A stretch of 64,000 bases of DNA from Acidobacteriota bacterium (GTDB lineage: Bacteria > Acidobacteriota > Holophagae > Thermotomaculales > Thermotomaculaceae): contig JAADJC010000061.1 in NCBI GenBank assembly GCA_013151025.1, positions 25,419 through 89,418 on the forward strand, given 5' to 3'. Below the pieces are notes generated by a model. That model made no database searches and had not been told where the DNA came from. It worked only from the letters and a program-made list of their open reading frames with translations. Of this stretch, positions 35,135 through 45,502 are shown piece after piece (position 1 is the first letter of the stretch; every line of letters begins with the position of its first letter). A program made the translations under genes and the position numbers.

Positions 35135-36181
35135 TTGAAAAAAACTGTTGTTCTATTACTTATCGCAATTACAGCCCTATCAATTTCCTGTTCAATTAAT
35201 TTTAAGAGCGGAGACAAAGACAAGAAAAAAGACAAGAAAGAAATCATTGTCCCTGTCCGGGTGGAAACTCTTAAGAAAGGCCCGATTTCATCCTTTATTC
35301 TGTCATCCGGTACAGTTGAAGCGGAAATGAGCGTGGATATTGTGGCTGAAACTGCCGGAGTGGTGGAAAAACTCAACGTAGAAGAAGGGGACAAAGTCAA
35401 AAAGGCACAAGTACTTGCTGTGGTTAACTTTGAAGAGCTGAATCTCAGCAAAGATAAAGCGGAAGTCGCTCTGAAAGAGGCGGAGAATACATTCAAACGT
35501 ACGAAAAACATGTTTGACCGCCAATTGGTCAGCCAGGAAGACTATGACAACGCCCGATTCAACTATAACCAGAAAAAACTCGACTTTGATAATGCCAGGG
35601 TAAAATTCAACAAGAGTATGATCAAAGCACCTTTTCCCGGTATCGTTACCGAACGCTTTATAACAGCGGGGCAATTTCTTACCATAAACCAGAAAGCATT
35701 CTCGCTTGTAAACAGAGATGTACTGAAGGTTAACGTGTTTATTCCGGAAGAACGGGTCAGAGAGTTGAAGACAGGAATGTCGGCAAACCTTATCAGCGAA
35801 GCGGCAAAACAAACCTTCAAAGGTAACGTAAAGCGAATTTCCCACGTGGTAGACCCTTCCACCGGTACTGTAAAAGTCACCGTCTATATCAAACATGATT
35901 CGAACATCCGACCCGGAATGTTCGTAAAAGTGAGACTTTTAACCGACACCATTCAGGATGCCCTGCTGGTTCCAAAAAAAGCAGTGGTTTACCAGAATGA
36001 CCGGCAATTCATCTTTATATACGATGCACTTACCCACAAAGCAAAGAAAGTGGAACTGAAAACAGGGTATCAGGATGAAGCATTGTTCCAATCCCTGAAT
36101 AAGGATCTGAAACCGGGAGACCGGGTTATTGTAGCCGGCCAGAACGGACTGAAGGATGGCGCAAAGGTCAGGTTGGGCTGA
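35135..36181 (+). CDS. RND efflux periplasmic adaptor (HlyD/MFP family), lipoprotein
   Basis: TTG start with a GGAGGGAG SD. Lipobox LSISC. Barrel-sandwich/hairpin pattern, and PFPGIVTER. Confidence 0.85.
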   Translation: MKKTVVLLLIAITALSISCSINFKSGDKDKKKDKKEIIVPVRVETLKKGPISSFILSSGTVEAEMSVDIVAETAGVVEKLNVEEGDKVKKAQVLAVVNFEELNLSKDKAEVALKEAENTFKRTKNMFDRQLVSQEDYDNARFNYNQKKLDFDNARVKFNKSMIKAPFPGIVTERFITAGQFLTINQKAFSLVNRDVLKVNVFIPEERVRELKTGMSANLISEAAKQTFKGNVKRISHVVDPSTGTVKVTVYIKHDSNIRPGMFVKVRLLTDTIQDALLVPKKAVVYQNDRQFIFIYDALTHKAKKVELKTGYQDEALFQSLNKDLKPGDRVIVAGQNGLKDGAKVRLG

Positions 36182-36182
36182 C

Positions 36183-39100
36183 ATGACAGAGCATTCCGTG
36201 TTTGGTATTACTGTCCGGCGGCCCGTGGCAATTTTCATGATTGTCATTGCCATTGTGGTTTTCGGCTATGTCTCCTACAAGAGATTGGCACTGAACCTTA
36301 TGCCGGATATCAGTTATCCCACAATCACTGTGCGGACCGAATTTGAAGGGGCAGCTCCGGAAGAAGTTGAGAACAATGTTTCCCGGCGGGTGGAACAAGC
36401 CCTGGCGGTTGTAAACAACCTGGCCACCATCAGTTCCATCTCCAGAGCCGGCATATCTGATGTCATCCTTGAGTTTCGTTGGGGAACCGATATCAACACC
36501 GCCATCCAGGACATACGGGAAAAGCTGGATCAGGTTTTTCTACCAAAAGACGCTGGAAAACCTGTCATCCTGCGTTATGATCCGACATTGGACCCCATCC
36601 TCACCTTCGGCCTCACTTCAAAAAAAGAAAGTTTGATGTACCTGCGAAATTTTTCTGAAGATAATATCAAAATCCGTCTGGATAAAATTCAAGGGGTCGC
36701 GGCGGTTAAAATTCGGGGCGGCCTGGAAGAAGAATTCCATGTGGACATCAACCCGTCCAAATTAACCAGCCTGAACATGGATATCGCTACGGTGAACAGT
36801 CGTCTGGCCAGCGAAAACATAAACCTGGCCGGTGGAACATTGAAAGAAGGCGCAACTGAATATATTGTTCGAACTGTCAACCAATTCCAGAATCTGCAGC
36901 AAATCAGCAACCTCATTGTGGGAACTACCAATGGAGTTGATATTCGGATAAAGGATATCGGCCAGGTTACGCGATCGTTTAAGGACCGGGAAGTTATTAC
37001 CCGTATCAATGGCAGGGAATGTGTCATTCTTGAAATCTACAAAGAAGCAGATGCAAACATTGTGGATGTGGCCAAACGGGTAAAGTTTCAACTCCTCACC
37101 ACAAAGGGGAAAACCATCCGGACATCTCTCCCGGAACATATGAAAGTAAATTTACTTTCCGATCAATCCGTCTTTATTGAAAATGCCCTGAATGAAGTTA
37201 AAAACAACGCTCTGGAGGGTGCAATACTGGCAATTCTCGTCCTTTTTCTCTTCCTGAAAAATATCAAATCAACGCTCATTGTCTCCGTTACCATCCCGTT
37301 GTCCATTGTCACCACATTCGCATTCATGAAATTCTTCGACGTATCATTAAACATTATGTCCCTGGGTGGTATCGCATTGGGGGTCGGTATGCTTGTGGAC
37401 AATGCCATTGTGGTTCTGGAAAGTATCTTCCGATGTCAGGAAGAAGGGGATAAAATCGTAGATGCTGCGGTCCGTGGCACTTCTGAAGTGGGTACGGCCG
37501 TTATTGCCTCCACATTGACCACAATTGCCGTATTCTTCCCCATCGTCTTCGTGGAGGGTATAGCAGGACAAATTTTCAGGGACATGGCCCTCTCCGTCGT
37601 GTTTGCCCTGATTGCATCCCTGATGTTCGCGCTGTTTTTCATCCCCATGCTGGCATCCAGAAAATTCGCCACAGGTAAAACTGCGGATTTCAAGCTTAAG
37701 GCTTCATTGATCCATTTCCAGTCCTTTGCCGGATTTACCGATCCCCTCCCACAAAACTTACTGATGAAAGTGTTCTCAATTCTGTTTCGAGTGATCAGAC
37801 TCTTGTTCTATTTTCCCATGGAGATAATTGGGAAAATATTCGTGCTGATTTATCTGCTCCTTCTTGCAATCGTATGGGTCAGCCGCATTATCTGGAATTC
37901 ACTGGACCAATACTTTCTAAATATGATACTCACTACTTTTAACAACGGGTTCAATTGGGTGCAGTGTGAATGGTACCCGAAAGCCCTGAAGGCCGTAATG
38001 AGTAAGAAACTACTTTCCGTTATCTTGATTCTGGCCGCATTTGCAATTACATTTTTCTCATTTCGAGGACTGGACGCCGAGTTGATTCCCGTCATGCACC
38101 AGGGCCAATTCACCGTAATTGTGAATTTTCCGGTTGGCACACCCATTGAAAAAACAGACTCCCTTCTCAAACCCTATGAATCAAGGTTGTCTGAGATTAA
38201 GGAAATCCGCACCTACTTCACCCGCATCGGAGTGGAAAAGAATTCCTACGCAAAGGCGGATGAAGGAGAATTTTCCGCAAGAATCGGAGTGATTTTGAAA
38301 CCCACTGACAACCTTCTCAAAAGTGAACAGGACACGATTGCCCAAATCCGGAAAATCTTCAGCGGTATCCCAGACGCTGAAATGCGGGTGGAATATCCCA
38401 CCCTGTTCACCTTCAAGGCCCCGGTTGAAGTGGAAGTGCATGGATACAATCTTCAGAAACTGAAAAAATACTCCATGCTCGCATTGGAGAAAATGAAAGA
38501 AATTCCCGACCTGAAAGATATAGAATTAAACATCCGCACCGGGAACCCGGAAACCCAGATTATCTTTGACCGGGACAAACTGGCCAGGCTGAATCTGAAC
38601 ATCGTCAAAGTGGCAGACTTAGTCAGAAACCAGCTTTTAGGCTATGTTCCCACGCGGTTCATCCGGGGTGATAAACGCATCGACATTCGGGTTAAACTGA
38701 AGAACAACACAAATAAGACACTGGAAGACCTGAAAAACATCGTGATCAATCCGGGTCAGAAACCCGCAGTTCCACTCTCCGCAGTGGCGGCATTCAACGT
38801 TGTGGAAGGACCCAGTGAAATTCGCCGGGTGGACCAGCAACGGGTGGGTCTTATCTCCGCCAACGTAACTGGTCTTGGCCTAAAAGCTCTCTCAAAAGAA
38901 ATTCGGGTAAAGCTATCTGCCATTCCTCATCCATCAGACATTGAATTCTTAATCTCCGGCCAGAATCAGGAAATGGAAAAATCCTCCAACTCTCTTCTCT
39001 ACGCTTTGCTGCTTTCCATCTTCCTGGTGTACATTGTTATGGCATCACAGTTTGAATCACTTCTCCATCCCTTTGTCATCATGTTTTCAATTCCCCTGGC

Positions 39101-39509
39101 ATTGTTTGGAGTGGGAATCACTCTCTACATCCTCCATATCCCCATGTCGGTCATTGTTTTCATCGGCCTGATGATGCTTGCCGGTATTGTAGTCAATAAC
39201 GCCATTGTGCTCATTGACTACATCAACCTTTTGAGAAAACGGGGAATGGAGCTGAGAAAAGCAATTCTTCTTGCGGGACAGGTCCGGCTTCGTCCCATTA
39301 TCATGACCACTTTAACTACAGTTCTGGGACTGCTTCCCCTTGCCATGGGACTTGGAGAAGGCGCGGAAATCCGCCAACCCATGGCAATTACCGTAATTGC
39401 CGGATTGATCTTTTCTACCGTTCTTACCCTTATCGTCATCCCCACTCTCTATGAACTGGTAGAGGAGACAAAAGCAAAACTATCCGGCACCCCGCACATG
39501 GAGAAATAG
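36183..39509 (+). CDS. RND efflux inner-membrane transporter (AcrB/HAE family)
   Basis: ~1100 aa, 12 TM, two large periplasmic loops. GGIALGVGMLVDNAIVVLE and MLAGIVVNNAIVLID motifs. Confidence 0.92.
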   Translation: MTEHSVFGITVRRPVAIFMIVIAIVVFGYVSYKRLALNLMPDISYPTITVRTEFEGAAPEEVENNVSRRVEQALAVVNNLATISSISRAGISDVILEFRWGTDINTAIQDIREKLDQVFLPKDAGKPVILRYDPTLDPILTFGLTSKKESLMYLRNFSEDNIKIRLDKIQGVAAVKIRGGLEEEFHVDINPSKLTSLNMDIATVNSRLASENINLAGGTLKEGATEYIVRTVNQFQNLQQISNLIVGTTNGVDIRIKDIGQVTRSFKDREVITRINGRECVILEIYKEADANIVDVAKRVKFQLLTTKGKTIRTSLPEHMKVNLLSDQSVFIENALNEVKNNALEGAILAILVLFLFLKNIKSTLIVSVTIPLSIVTTFAFMKFFDVSLNIMSLGGIALGVGMLVDNAIVVLESIFRCQEEGDKIVDAAVRGTSEVGTAVIASTLTTIAVFFPIVFVEGIAGQIFRDMALSVVFALIASLMFALFFIPMLASRKFATGKTADFKLKASLIHFQSFAGFTDPLPQNLLMKVFSILFRVIRLLFYFPMEIIGKIFVLIYLLLLAIVWVSRIIWNSLDQYFLNMILTTFNNGFNWVQCEWYPKALKAVMSKKLLSVILILAAFAITFFSFRGLDAELIPVMHQGQFTVIVNFPVGTPIEKTDSLLKPYESRLSEIKEIRTYFTRIGVEKNSYAKADEGEFSARIGVILKPTDNLLKSEQDTIAQIRKIFSGIPDAEMRVEYPTLFTFKAPVEVEVHGYNLQKLKKYSMLALEKMKEIPDLKDIELNIRTGNPETQIIFDRDKLARLNLNIVKVADLVRNQLLGYVPTRFIRGDKRIDIRVKLKNNTNKTLEDLKNIVINPGQKPAVPLSAVAAFNVVEGPSEIRRVDQQRVGLISANVTGLGLKALSKEIRVKLSAIPHPSDIEFLISGQNQEMEKSSNSLLYALLLSIFLVYIVMASQFESLLHPFVIMFSIPLALFGVGITLYILHIPMSVIVFIGLMMLAGIVVNNAIVLIDYINLLRKRGMELRKAILLAGQVRLRPIIMTTLTTVLGLLPLAMGLGEGAEIRQPMAITVIAGLIFSTVLTLIVIPTLYELVEETKAKLSGTPHMEK

Positions 39510-39582
39510 GGGTTGGAAGCAGAAAAATCAGGGATTTAGTTAGGCCTGCTCTGGTTTTATATGAACATACACCTTCCTCAAA

Positions 39583-39606
39583 GCGGGGACAGATATCTTC
39601 TGTCCC
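39583..39606 (-). repeat. GGGACAGA-loop-TCTGTCCCCGC hairpin module (inverted copy)
   Basis: 8-bp stem at 39586-39606. The reverse complement ends in ...TCCCCGC like the other copies. Confidence 0.6.
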
Positions 39607-39719
39607 ATCTCTTTCCCCACCAATTACACACGATGCCTTCATTGCAGACACAAATCACGGCGGCGGCTGCGCTGCAGCCACTGCTTGCCAATTACCGCAA
39701 TTCATTCTATGATAGACAT

Positions 39720-40916
39720 ATGAACGGATTTAATCTGAAAGTCATGGCGGCATGGATTTTCTTTTCCGCTTTTGTCATCATATCGGTCTATATCATTGTA
39801 ATCAAGAAACTAAAGCGGGTGGTACGTAGAGAAGGGGAACGGGAAGCACCGGATTTTGTCCTTGAAAATATCCGCCACACTCTGGATCAGCGGAAAGCAC
39901 TCTTCCATGAGCTGGAAGTCCGGGAAAAACTAAATGAAATTGTTCTGAACAACCTCGCAATCGGTGTGGCTGTTTTCGACAAATTCAAACTTCTTAAATC
40001 TGCTAATCCCATGTTCCGAAAATTGTTCCACTTGTCAGAGCAGAACATGAATCAATCCATTGTTCAGTTCCAGAAGCCAAGCCCTGAGCTTTTCCAGTTT
40101 GTTCGGGAGTTAAAGAACACCGGAAGCGGGAAAGATCAGATTGACCAGACTTCAGTACGAGGGAAAATCATAAAATTGCACGCTACACCGGTCAGAGAAC
40201 TTCTCGGCGGGAAAGGCGGATACCTTGTACTTGCTGAAGATATTACAAATATCGAAGCGGCAAAAAGTCAACTGGAATTGAAGAAACGACTGGAAATCAT
40301 CGGAGAAATGTCTGCCGGGCTGGCCCATGAGTTTCGAAACGCCTTATCCACACTGAAAGGATACGCCCAGATGATAGAAAATGAGTCCCCTCCGTCACCT
40401 GTCGCGGAACATAATGCTCAAATTCTCTCTGAAGTGGAGGATATTAACAGCGTGGTGAATCAATTTTTACTCTATGCCAAACCGCTTCAGCCGAACCTGC
40501 AGATCATTTCAGGTACATCCCTCCTGGATGATATTTTAGATTCTTTCCCGGACATTCATAATGTTCTTGAGGTCCGGGTAATTCCTGAGGATTTATCTTT
40601 TAAGACTGATCGGACTCTGCTGAAGCAATGTCTGACAAATTTGATTCGAAACAGTCGGGAGCATCTCTCCCCAGATGGTATGATACATGTTCACCTGGAA
40701 AAACCGGGAAAGAATATCCGAATTACGGTACAGGACAATGGGTCGGGAATGGATACGACAACCCTGGAACATTCCCTGGTTCCATTTTATACTACGAGAA
40801 AAGACGGCACGGGGCTTGGCCTCTCCCTTTGTGAAAAGATTGTGTCCCGCCTGGGTGGAAGCATAAATATTGAGTCCGAACCCGGTGTGGGGACAACTGT
40901 GGTACTTACGTTATGA
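39720..40916 (+). CDS. Sensor histidine kinase (NtrB/AtoS-like)
   Basis: TM, PAS-like region, H box EMSAGLAHEFRNAL, N box, G boxes DNGSGM and GTGLGLS. The start is uncertain (ATG 39720 chosen because 39561-39719 carries repeat modules). Confidence 0.8.
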   Translation: MNGFNLKVMAAWIFFSAFVIISVYIIVIKKLKRVVRREGEREAPDFVLENIRHTLDQRKALFHELEVREKLNEIVLNNLAIGVAVFDKFKLLKSANPMFRKLFHLSEQNMNQSIVQFQKPSPELFQFVRELKNTGSGKDQIDQTSVRGKIIKLHATPVRELLGGKGGYLVLAEDITNIEAAKSQLELKKRLEIIGEMSAGLAHEFRNALSTLKGYAQMIENESPPSPVAEHNAQILSEVEDINSVVNQFLLYAKPLQPNLQIISGTSLLDDILDSFPDIHNVLEVRVIPEDLSFKTDRTLLKQCLTNLIRNSREHLSPDGMIHVHLEKPGKNIRITVQDNGSGMDTTTLEHSLVPFYTTRKDGTGLGLSLCEKIVSRLGGSINIESEPGVGTTVVLTL

Positions 40917-42223
40917 GTCGGATATTAATAATAGAGGATCGGGATTCCCTTCGCGAAATGCTGATAAAATTTCTCTCCGCTCACGAGGTACTCAGTGCCC
41001 CTTCTGCCGAGGAAGCCGAACCACTCCTTGTACACTATCCTGAAATTATACTCTGCGATTTGAAACTACCTGGTATTTCAGGTATTGATTTCATCCGGAA
41101 AACGGCAGGTGATTTCCCGGATACTCTCTTCATCATGATGACCGCCTTCGGGGACATCCCCACTGCTGTGGAGGCCATGAAGGCAGGTGCATACGAGTTC
41201 TTGCCAAAGCCGCTGGATCTGAATCACCTGTCCATTGTTCTGAAACGGGCAAAAGAGATACTGAGACTTCGCCGCATTGCCGCATCTGAATGCGACACTG
41301 TTATCGTAGGGGAAAGCCCCGCCATGATGGAAACACTGAAATTAGCCGCCAAAGTAGCCCCTTTAAATTGCTCCGTACTTTTAAGCGGAGAAAGCGGAAC
41401 CGGAAAAGAAGTTCTGTCCCGATGGATTCACAGCCACTCTCGAATGCGAAACAACACCTTCTGGGCATTGAACTGCGCAGCGATCCCGGAATCCCTCCTT
41501 GAATCAGAACTTTTCGGCCATGAACCCGGCGCGTTCACAGATGCAACACGACTGAAAAAAGGCTACTTTGAACTGGCGGAAGAATCCACTCTGTTTCTTG
41601 ATGAAATTGATAAAACAAGCCCGGCTTTTCAGGCAAAAATTCTGAGAACTGTGGATACAGGCGAATTTTACCGCCTGGGCTCCAACAAGGCATTGAAAAG
41701 CAATGCAAGGTTGATATTTGCTACCAACCGAAATCTGGAAGAACTGGCGTCTGCTGAAAATTTCAGGACAGATCTGTTTCATCGTATCAGTGCCTACACA
41801 ATAAGCATTCCACCCCTTAGAATGCGGCGTAAGGACATCCGGCTTTTAGCCGATCATTTTGCGGACAAGTTGGGACGGCAGATTACCGGGTCGTCCCTCG
41901 CACTCCCGAAATCTTCTGTTCAACTTCTGGAAAATTACCAATGGCCGGGAAACGTCCGTGAGCTTCGAAACACCATTGAGCGATGGGTCATACTGGGCAT
42001 TGACGGTACTTTCGGACCGGGCCGGACTACGAGCCAGGAATCCGGAACCTATATTGACTTTGAAGAGAAAAGCCATGGCGAGGTTCTTGGAGAACTGGAA
42101 GAAAAGCTGTTTCGTTATCAGCTTAAAAAACACAAGGGAAACAAGTTGGCTGCGAGCCAGGAACTTGCAATGAATTATAAAACCCTCCTTTCCAGACTGA
42201 AGAAACTGGGGATTCAAAAATGA
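40913..42223 (+). CDS. Sigma54-dependent response regulator (NtrC family)
   Basis: REC (CDLKLPG), AAA+ Walker A GESGTGKE, ESELFGHEPGAFTDA (variant of GAFTGA), and a C-terminal Fis-type HTH. Confidence 0.9.
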   Translation: MSRILIIEDRDSLREMLIKFLSAHEVLSAPSAEEAEPLLVHYPEIILCDLKLPGISGIDFIRKTAGDFPDTLFIMMTAFGDIPTAVEAMKAGAYEFLPKPLDLNHLSIVLKRAKEILRLRRIAASECDTVIVGESPAMMETLKLAAKVAPLNCSVLLSGESGTGKEVLSRWIHSHSRMRNNTFWALNCAAIPESLLESELFGHEPGAFTDATRLKKGYFELAEESTLFLDEIDKTSPAFQAKILRTVDTGEFYRLGSNKALKSNARLIFATNRNLEELASAENFRTDLFHRISAYTISIPPLRMRRKDIRLLADHFADKLGRQITGSSLALPKSSVQLLENYQWPGNVRELRNTIERWVILGIDGTFGPGRTTSQESGTYIDFEEKSHGEVLGELEEKLFRYQLKKHKGNKLAASQELAMNYKTLLSRLKKLGIQK

Positions 42224-43932
42224 CCGGATTACTTATGCTTCTTATGTTAAGCTATTGGCCCCTTCCCGCCGACTACGGCATCACAGGCACATTTATGGAA
42301 TACAGGAACCAGCACCTTCATGCCGGCTTTGACCTGTCCACCGACGGGGAAGTGGGTTTACCAGTGCGTTGTTTTGACAACGGCAAGATTGTGTTAATCA
42401 AGGTGCAAAAGCGTGGATATGGCAGAGTACTGTATATCCGTCACCCGAAACAGAAATTGGTATCTGTTTACGGACACCTCGATCGGTTCACGCCTCGTTT
42501 GGAAAGACTTGTTTCCCGATACAGCAAACTCCGCCATACCCGCTATCCCGGAACCATTGTCCCCAGTCATCCGATTTCCGTTCAAAAGGGCCAGATCATC
42601 GCTTACTCCGGTGAAAGTGGCGTCGGCTGGCCTCATCTGCATTTTGAATTGAGAAACCTGAACAATGAACCAGTAAATCCGACTGAATTCGGCCTATCCG
42701 TAACCGGGGATATCTCTGCACCTGAATTTCAATTTCTCAACATCTACCCCGAAACACCGTCAAGTACTATCAACGGTAATTGCGCACCGGCACGATTCCC
42801 CATTATACGCACAAAGAAAGGTGTTTTTACAACCCGGCCCTTCTCAATTACCGGACCCGTACTCATGTCGGTAACCATTCGGGATACAGACGGAAGAAAA
42901 GGACCACTGTCCGTTCATGACATCAACGCAACACTGAACCGGCGCCCTTTTTACCACTATCATGCCGATTTTTTTTCTTATGATCGGTTTAAGCGTTCCT
43001 CCGCTGTGTATGATCTTGGCAGAACACGCATCACCCCATCCACCTACAGCTTTAACCTCTTTCGCATACCCGGCTCCAACCTTCGCAGCCAGGAAGAGTT
43101 TCCGGCCACTTTTCAGAAAGGCCCGAACCAGATGCACATTTCCACAATTGATTTCAACCGACATAAAGCCGAATTTGAGTTCACCTTCAACTGGCAGAAA
43201 ATCTCCGGGAAACTCATTCGCCCCACAACATTCACGTCCTCTGCTTTGCTTCTGGGTAAACAGATTGTTCCCGCCGGAACAATTCAGTACCCAGTTTTTG
43301 TCCGAATCTCAGACAATACATGGACCGCAGCGCCCTATAACACCGTGCCGGCCGTCATATCACTTGGCGATATTTCCCTCAAAGCTACTGGCTATAACAC
43401 ATCGCCCAGATTGATTTATACACGTCAACTAACTTCCCTGCACCATGAAACAGGTTTGAAGGCAATACCAGACGCCGGTATAGAGATTCAACCAGGCCTT
43501 GTTTTTTTCTCACAGCTCGATCTTGCATTCCACTGGAAGAAAAGCGATCCCCGGATCGGCTGGTTCCGGTATGACACCGTAAAAAAGAAATGGAAATACA
43601 GAAAAACTGAATTGAATAATGCCAAAAACCGTGCAACTGCAAAAGACTTCAGAAGCGGTCGGTATGCTGTTTTTCTTGATACTGCCGCTCCGGTAATTCA
43701 CAAAAATCCCTACTTCTTTAGAAAGCGGGTTGCCTGGCATATCACGGATATCGGAAAAGGCGTTGATGACTCATCCATATTGATTTCAAGGGGAAAACAG
43801 AGCTGGAAGATGGAATATGATCCTGACCGGAAAATTGCCTGGACTGACCAAACCCTGAAAAAAGGGCGCTACAAGATTTGTGTTACAGATCTTGCCGGAA
43901 ATCGTTCGAGTTCTGTTGGCAGACTTCAGTGA
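42220..43932 (+). CDS. M23 (LytM-type) metallopeptidase domain protein with a ~400-aa C-terminal extension
   Basis: HLHAGFD and GESGVGWPHLHFELR motifs. 4-nt overlap with the response regulator gene. Confidence 0.8.
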   Translation: MTGLLMLLMLSYWPLPADYGITGTFMEYRNQHLHAGFDLSTDGEVGLPVRCFDNGKIVLIKVQKRGYGRVLYIRHPKQKLVSVYGHLDRFTPRLERLVSRYSKLRHTRYPGTIVPSHPISVQKGQIIAYSGESGVGWPHLHFELRNLNNEPVNPTEFGLSVTGDISAPEFQFLNIYPETPSSTINGNCAPARFPIIRTKKGVFTTRPFSITGPVLMSVTIRDTDGRKGPLSVHDINATLNRRPFYHYHADFFSYDRFKRSSAVYDLGRTRITPSTYSFNLFRIPGSNLRSQEEFPATFQKGPNQMHISTIDFNRHKAEFEFTFNWQKISGKLIRPTTFTSSALLLGKQIVPAGTIQYPVFVRISDNTWTAAPYNTVPAVISLGDISLKATGYNTSPRLIYTRQLTSLHHETGLKAIPDAGIEIQPGLVFFSQLDLAFHWKKSDPRIGWFRYDTVKKKWKYRKTELNNAKNRATAKDFRSGRYAVFLDTAAPVIHKNPYFFRKRVAWHITDIGKGVDDSSILISRGKQSWKMEYDPDRKIAWTDQTLKKGRYKICVTDLAGNRSSSVGRLQ

Positions 43933-43973
43933 CAGCTGTTTTCAGTTCAAGAAAAAAAACTAATCTGTTTTGT

Positions 43974-44438
43974 TCACGGCTTCAGCCTTACAACCCATGC
44001 CCCACTACCCCCAAACTTTTTAGGCGCCTCAGCGAACCACAGCAACCATTGGCGCCCTTCACCCCTCAACCATTTCCTCACATAATCCCGTAGCACACCC
44101 TTCTTCTCAGAATGGTGACCCTTCCCTGTAATCACAAGAACTGTTCGGTCTCCAGCACTTGCTGTTTGTTGAAAGAAACTACGAAGTTCCATGATTGACT
44201 CATCTTTTGTTTTCGTATGAAGGTCTAAGGTGGCATCAATTTCTGGAGAAACGGACTTAGGGAAGCTCCGCTGTAAATTTATAGATTTAGCGATTGCATG
44301 CGGCACCGGTTCTTTTATGGCAGATTTCCCCACACCATTCGCCAAAGCCTGCTCAAAAAGTTCTCGGTCTTCACGTTCTTTTTGTTTCTTATCAGCGAGA
44401 AAAATCTCTTCCCATTCGTCATCTGAAATCTGCCTCAT
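43974..44438 (-). CDS. Smr-domain protein
   Basis: LDLH...VLVITGKGHHS...LRDYVRKWL is the Smr/MutS2 C-terminal nuclease fold signature. Confidence 0.8.
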   Translation of the reverse strand: MRQISDDEWEEIFLADKKQKEREDRELFEQALANGVGKSAIKEPVPHAIAKSINLQRSFPKSVSPEIDATLDLHTKTKDESIMELRSFFQQTASAGDRTVLVITGKGHHSEKKGVLRDYVRKWLRGEGRQWLLWFAEAPKKFGGSGAWVVRLKP

Positions 44439-45214
44439 TTCCGCCTCAGAACCAGCACCATCCTCCAGGAATCTCGACTGTTATCCAACGGGTTATCCAG
44501 CTTAAACGAACCTCTGGAATCCACCAGCTCAAACCGTCCGTTGCATTGTATTAACAATCGCATTTCCTGATACAGGTAAATTCGGTATTTGTCGCACATA
44601 TCAATGGAAAGGATTTTCTCTCCATCTTTCACCACAATGTGCGGCGATGATTCTACCTGCTGTGTCAATACGTCCACATCCGTCCGTTCCCGGTCCCAGT
44701 CCACTTCTATCTCAATCTGTCCCCGGGATTCAATCCAGACATTTGTCGTGGATGGCCGATTGGTAATAAAATCCCTGGGATGATTCAGCTCTAAAATATA
44801 AATGCCCCCACTCTCCAGCACGTCTGCAACGTGATCCAGATGAGCGAGGGCATCCTCATTTCGCAACAGATAATTGAAACCTGTTAACAGGTTAATTGCC
44901 GCACCGTACTTTCGGTTGCATGCAAAAGCTACCATGTTATCTATCCAGATGTGTGAATTCAGTTTCTGTGCGTCAACCTTTTCCTTTGCGAACTCAACCA
45001 TTTTCGGGGAAATATCAAAACCATCTACTTCGTACCCGCGAAGCCCAAGCTGCTCCAGATGTGCACCTGTACCGCATGCAATATCCAGCATTGCACTATT
45101 CTCACACAGGCAAAAGAGACTGACCTTCTTTTCTATATAGTCGCATTCAAGATCCACGTCACGATAATTGAACGCAACGTCATAATACTCCGGATAGTCG
45201 TACAGGCTCATCAA
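44435..45214 (-). CDS. Class I SAM-dependent methyltransferase
   Basis: Motif I MLDIACGTG, motif post-I DGFDIS. Confidence 0.8.
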   Translation of the reverse strand: MMSLYDYPEYYDVAFNYRDVDLECDYIEKKVSLFCLCENSAMLDIACGTGAHLEQLGLRGYEVDGFDISPKMVEFAKEKVDAQKLNSHIWIDNMVAFACNRKYGAAINLLTGFNYLLRNEDALAHLDHVADVLESGGIYILELNHPRDFITNRPSTTNVWIESRGQIEIEVDWDRERTDVDVLTQQVESSPHIVVKDGEKILSIDMCDKYRIYLYQEMRLLIQCNGRFELVDSRGSFKLDNPLDNSRDSWRMVLVLRRK

Positions 45215-45243
45215 GTGTTAATTAAAGCGAGAAAGGATGACTT

Positions 45244-45483
45244 CTATTCTTCAATGTCTTCCGATTCTTCTTCCCCTGCCAGATCATTGTCCACATTGAG
45301 ACGATCACATGCGCCGGCATACATTTGCAGTGCAGCTTTTTTGGCCTTTTGCAGGTCTGCAAGTTTTTCTTTTACACGAGCCAATTCTTCTTCCACCTGA
45401 TTCTCGATATCGGCAATTTCATTCCGCAGGTGCTTCCGTGTCTCTTCGTAAAACTTTTTCTGATCATCACTGAGAAATGCCAT
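45244..45483 (-). CDS. Small acidic coiled-coil protein
   Basis: 79 aa, heptad-like E/K pattern, acidic tail EEESEDIEE. Lies 20 nt downstream of the kinase fusion gene. Confidence 0.5.
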   Translation of the reverse strand: MAFLSDDQKKFYEETRKHLRNEIADIENQVEEELARVKEKLADLQKAKKAALQMYAGACDRLNVDNDLAGEEESEDIEE

Positions 45484-45502
45484 AGGTTACCCCCTTAAAT
45501 AA

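Noticed and set aside
34703-35511. ORFs 34703-34930 (+) and 34864-35511 (-) in the long spacer
   Set aside because: They are products of the CT-rich/GA-rich low-complexity tract (Phe/Ser/Leu or Lys/Glu/Arg runs). The minus-strand ORF is mostly antisense to the efflux adaptor gene.
39561-39719. 53-codon N-terminal extension of the histidine kinase
   Set aside because: The region carries an 8-bp hairpin repeat module and a module tail. The TM helix begins right after Met54. The start remains uncertain because no candidate has a good SD.
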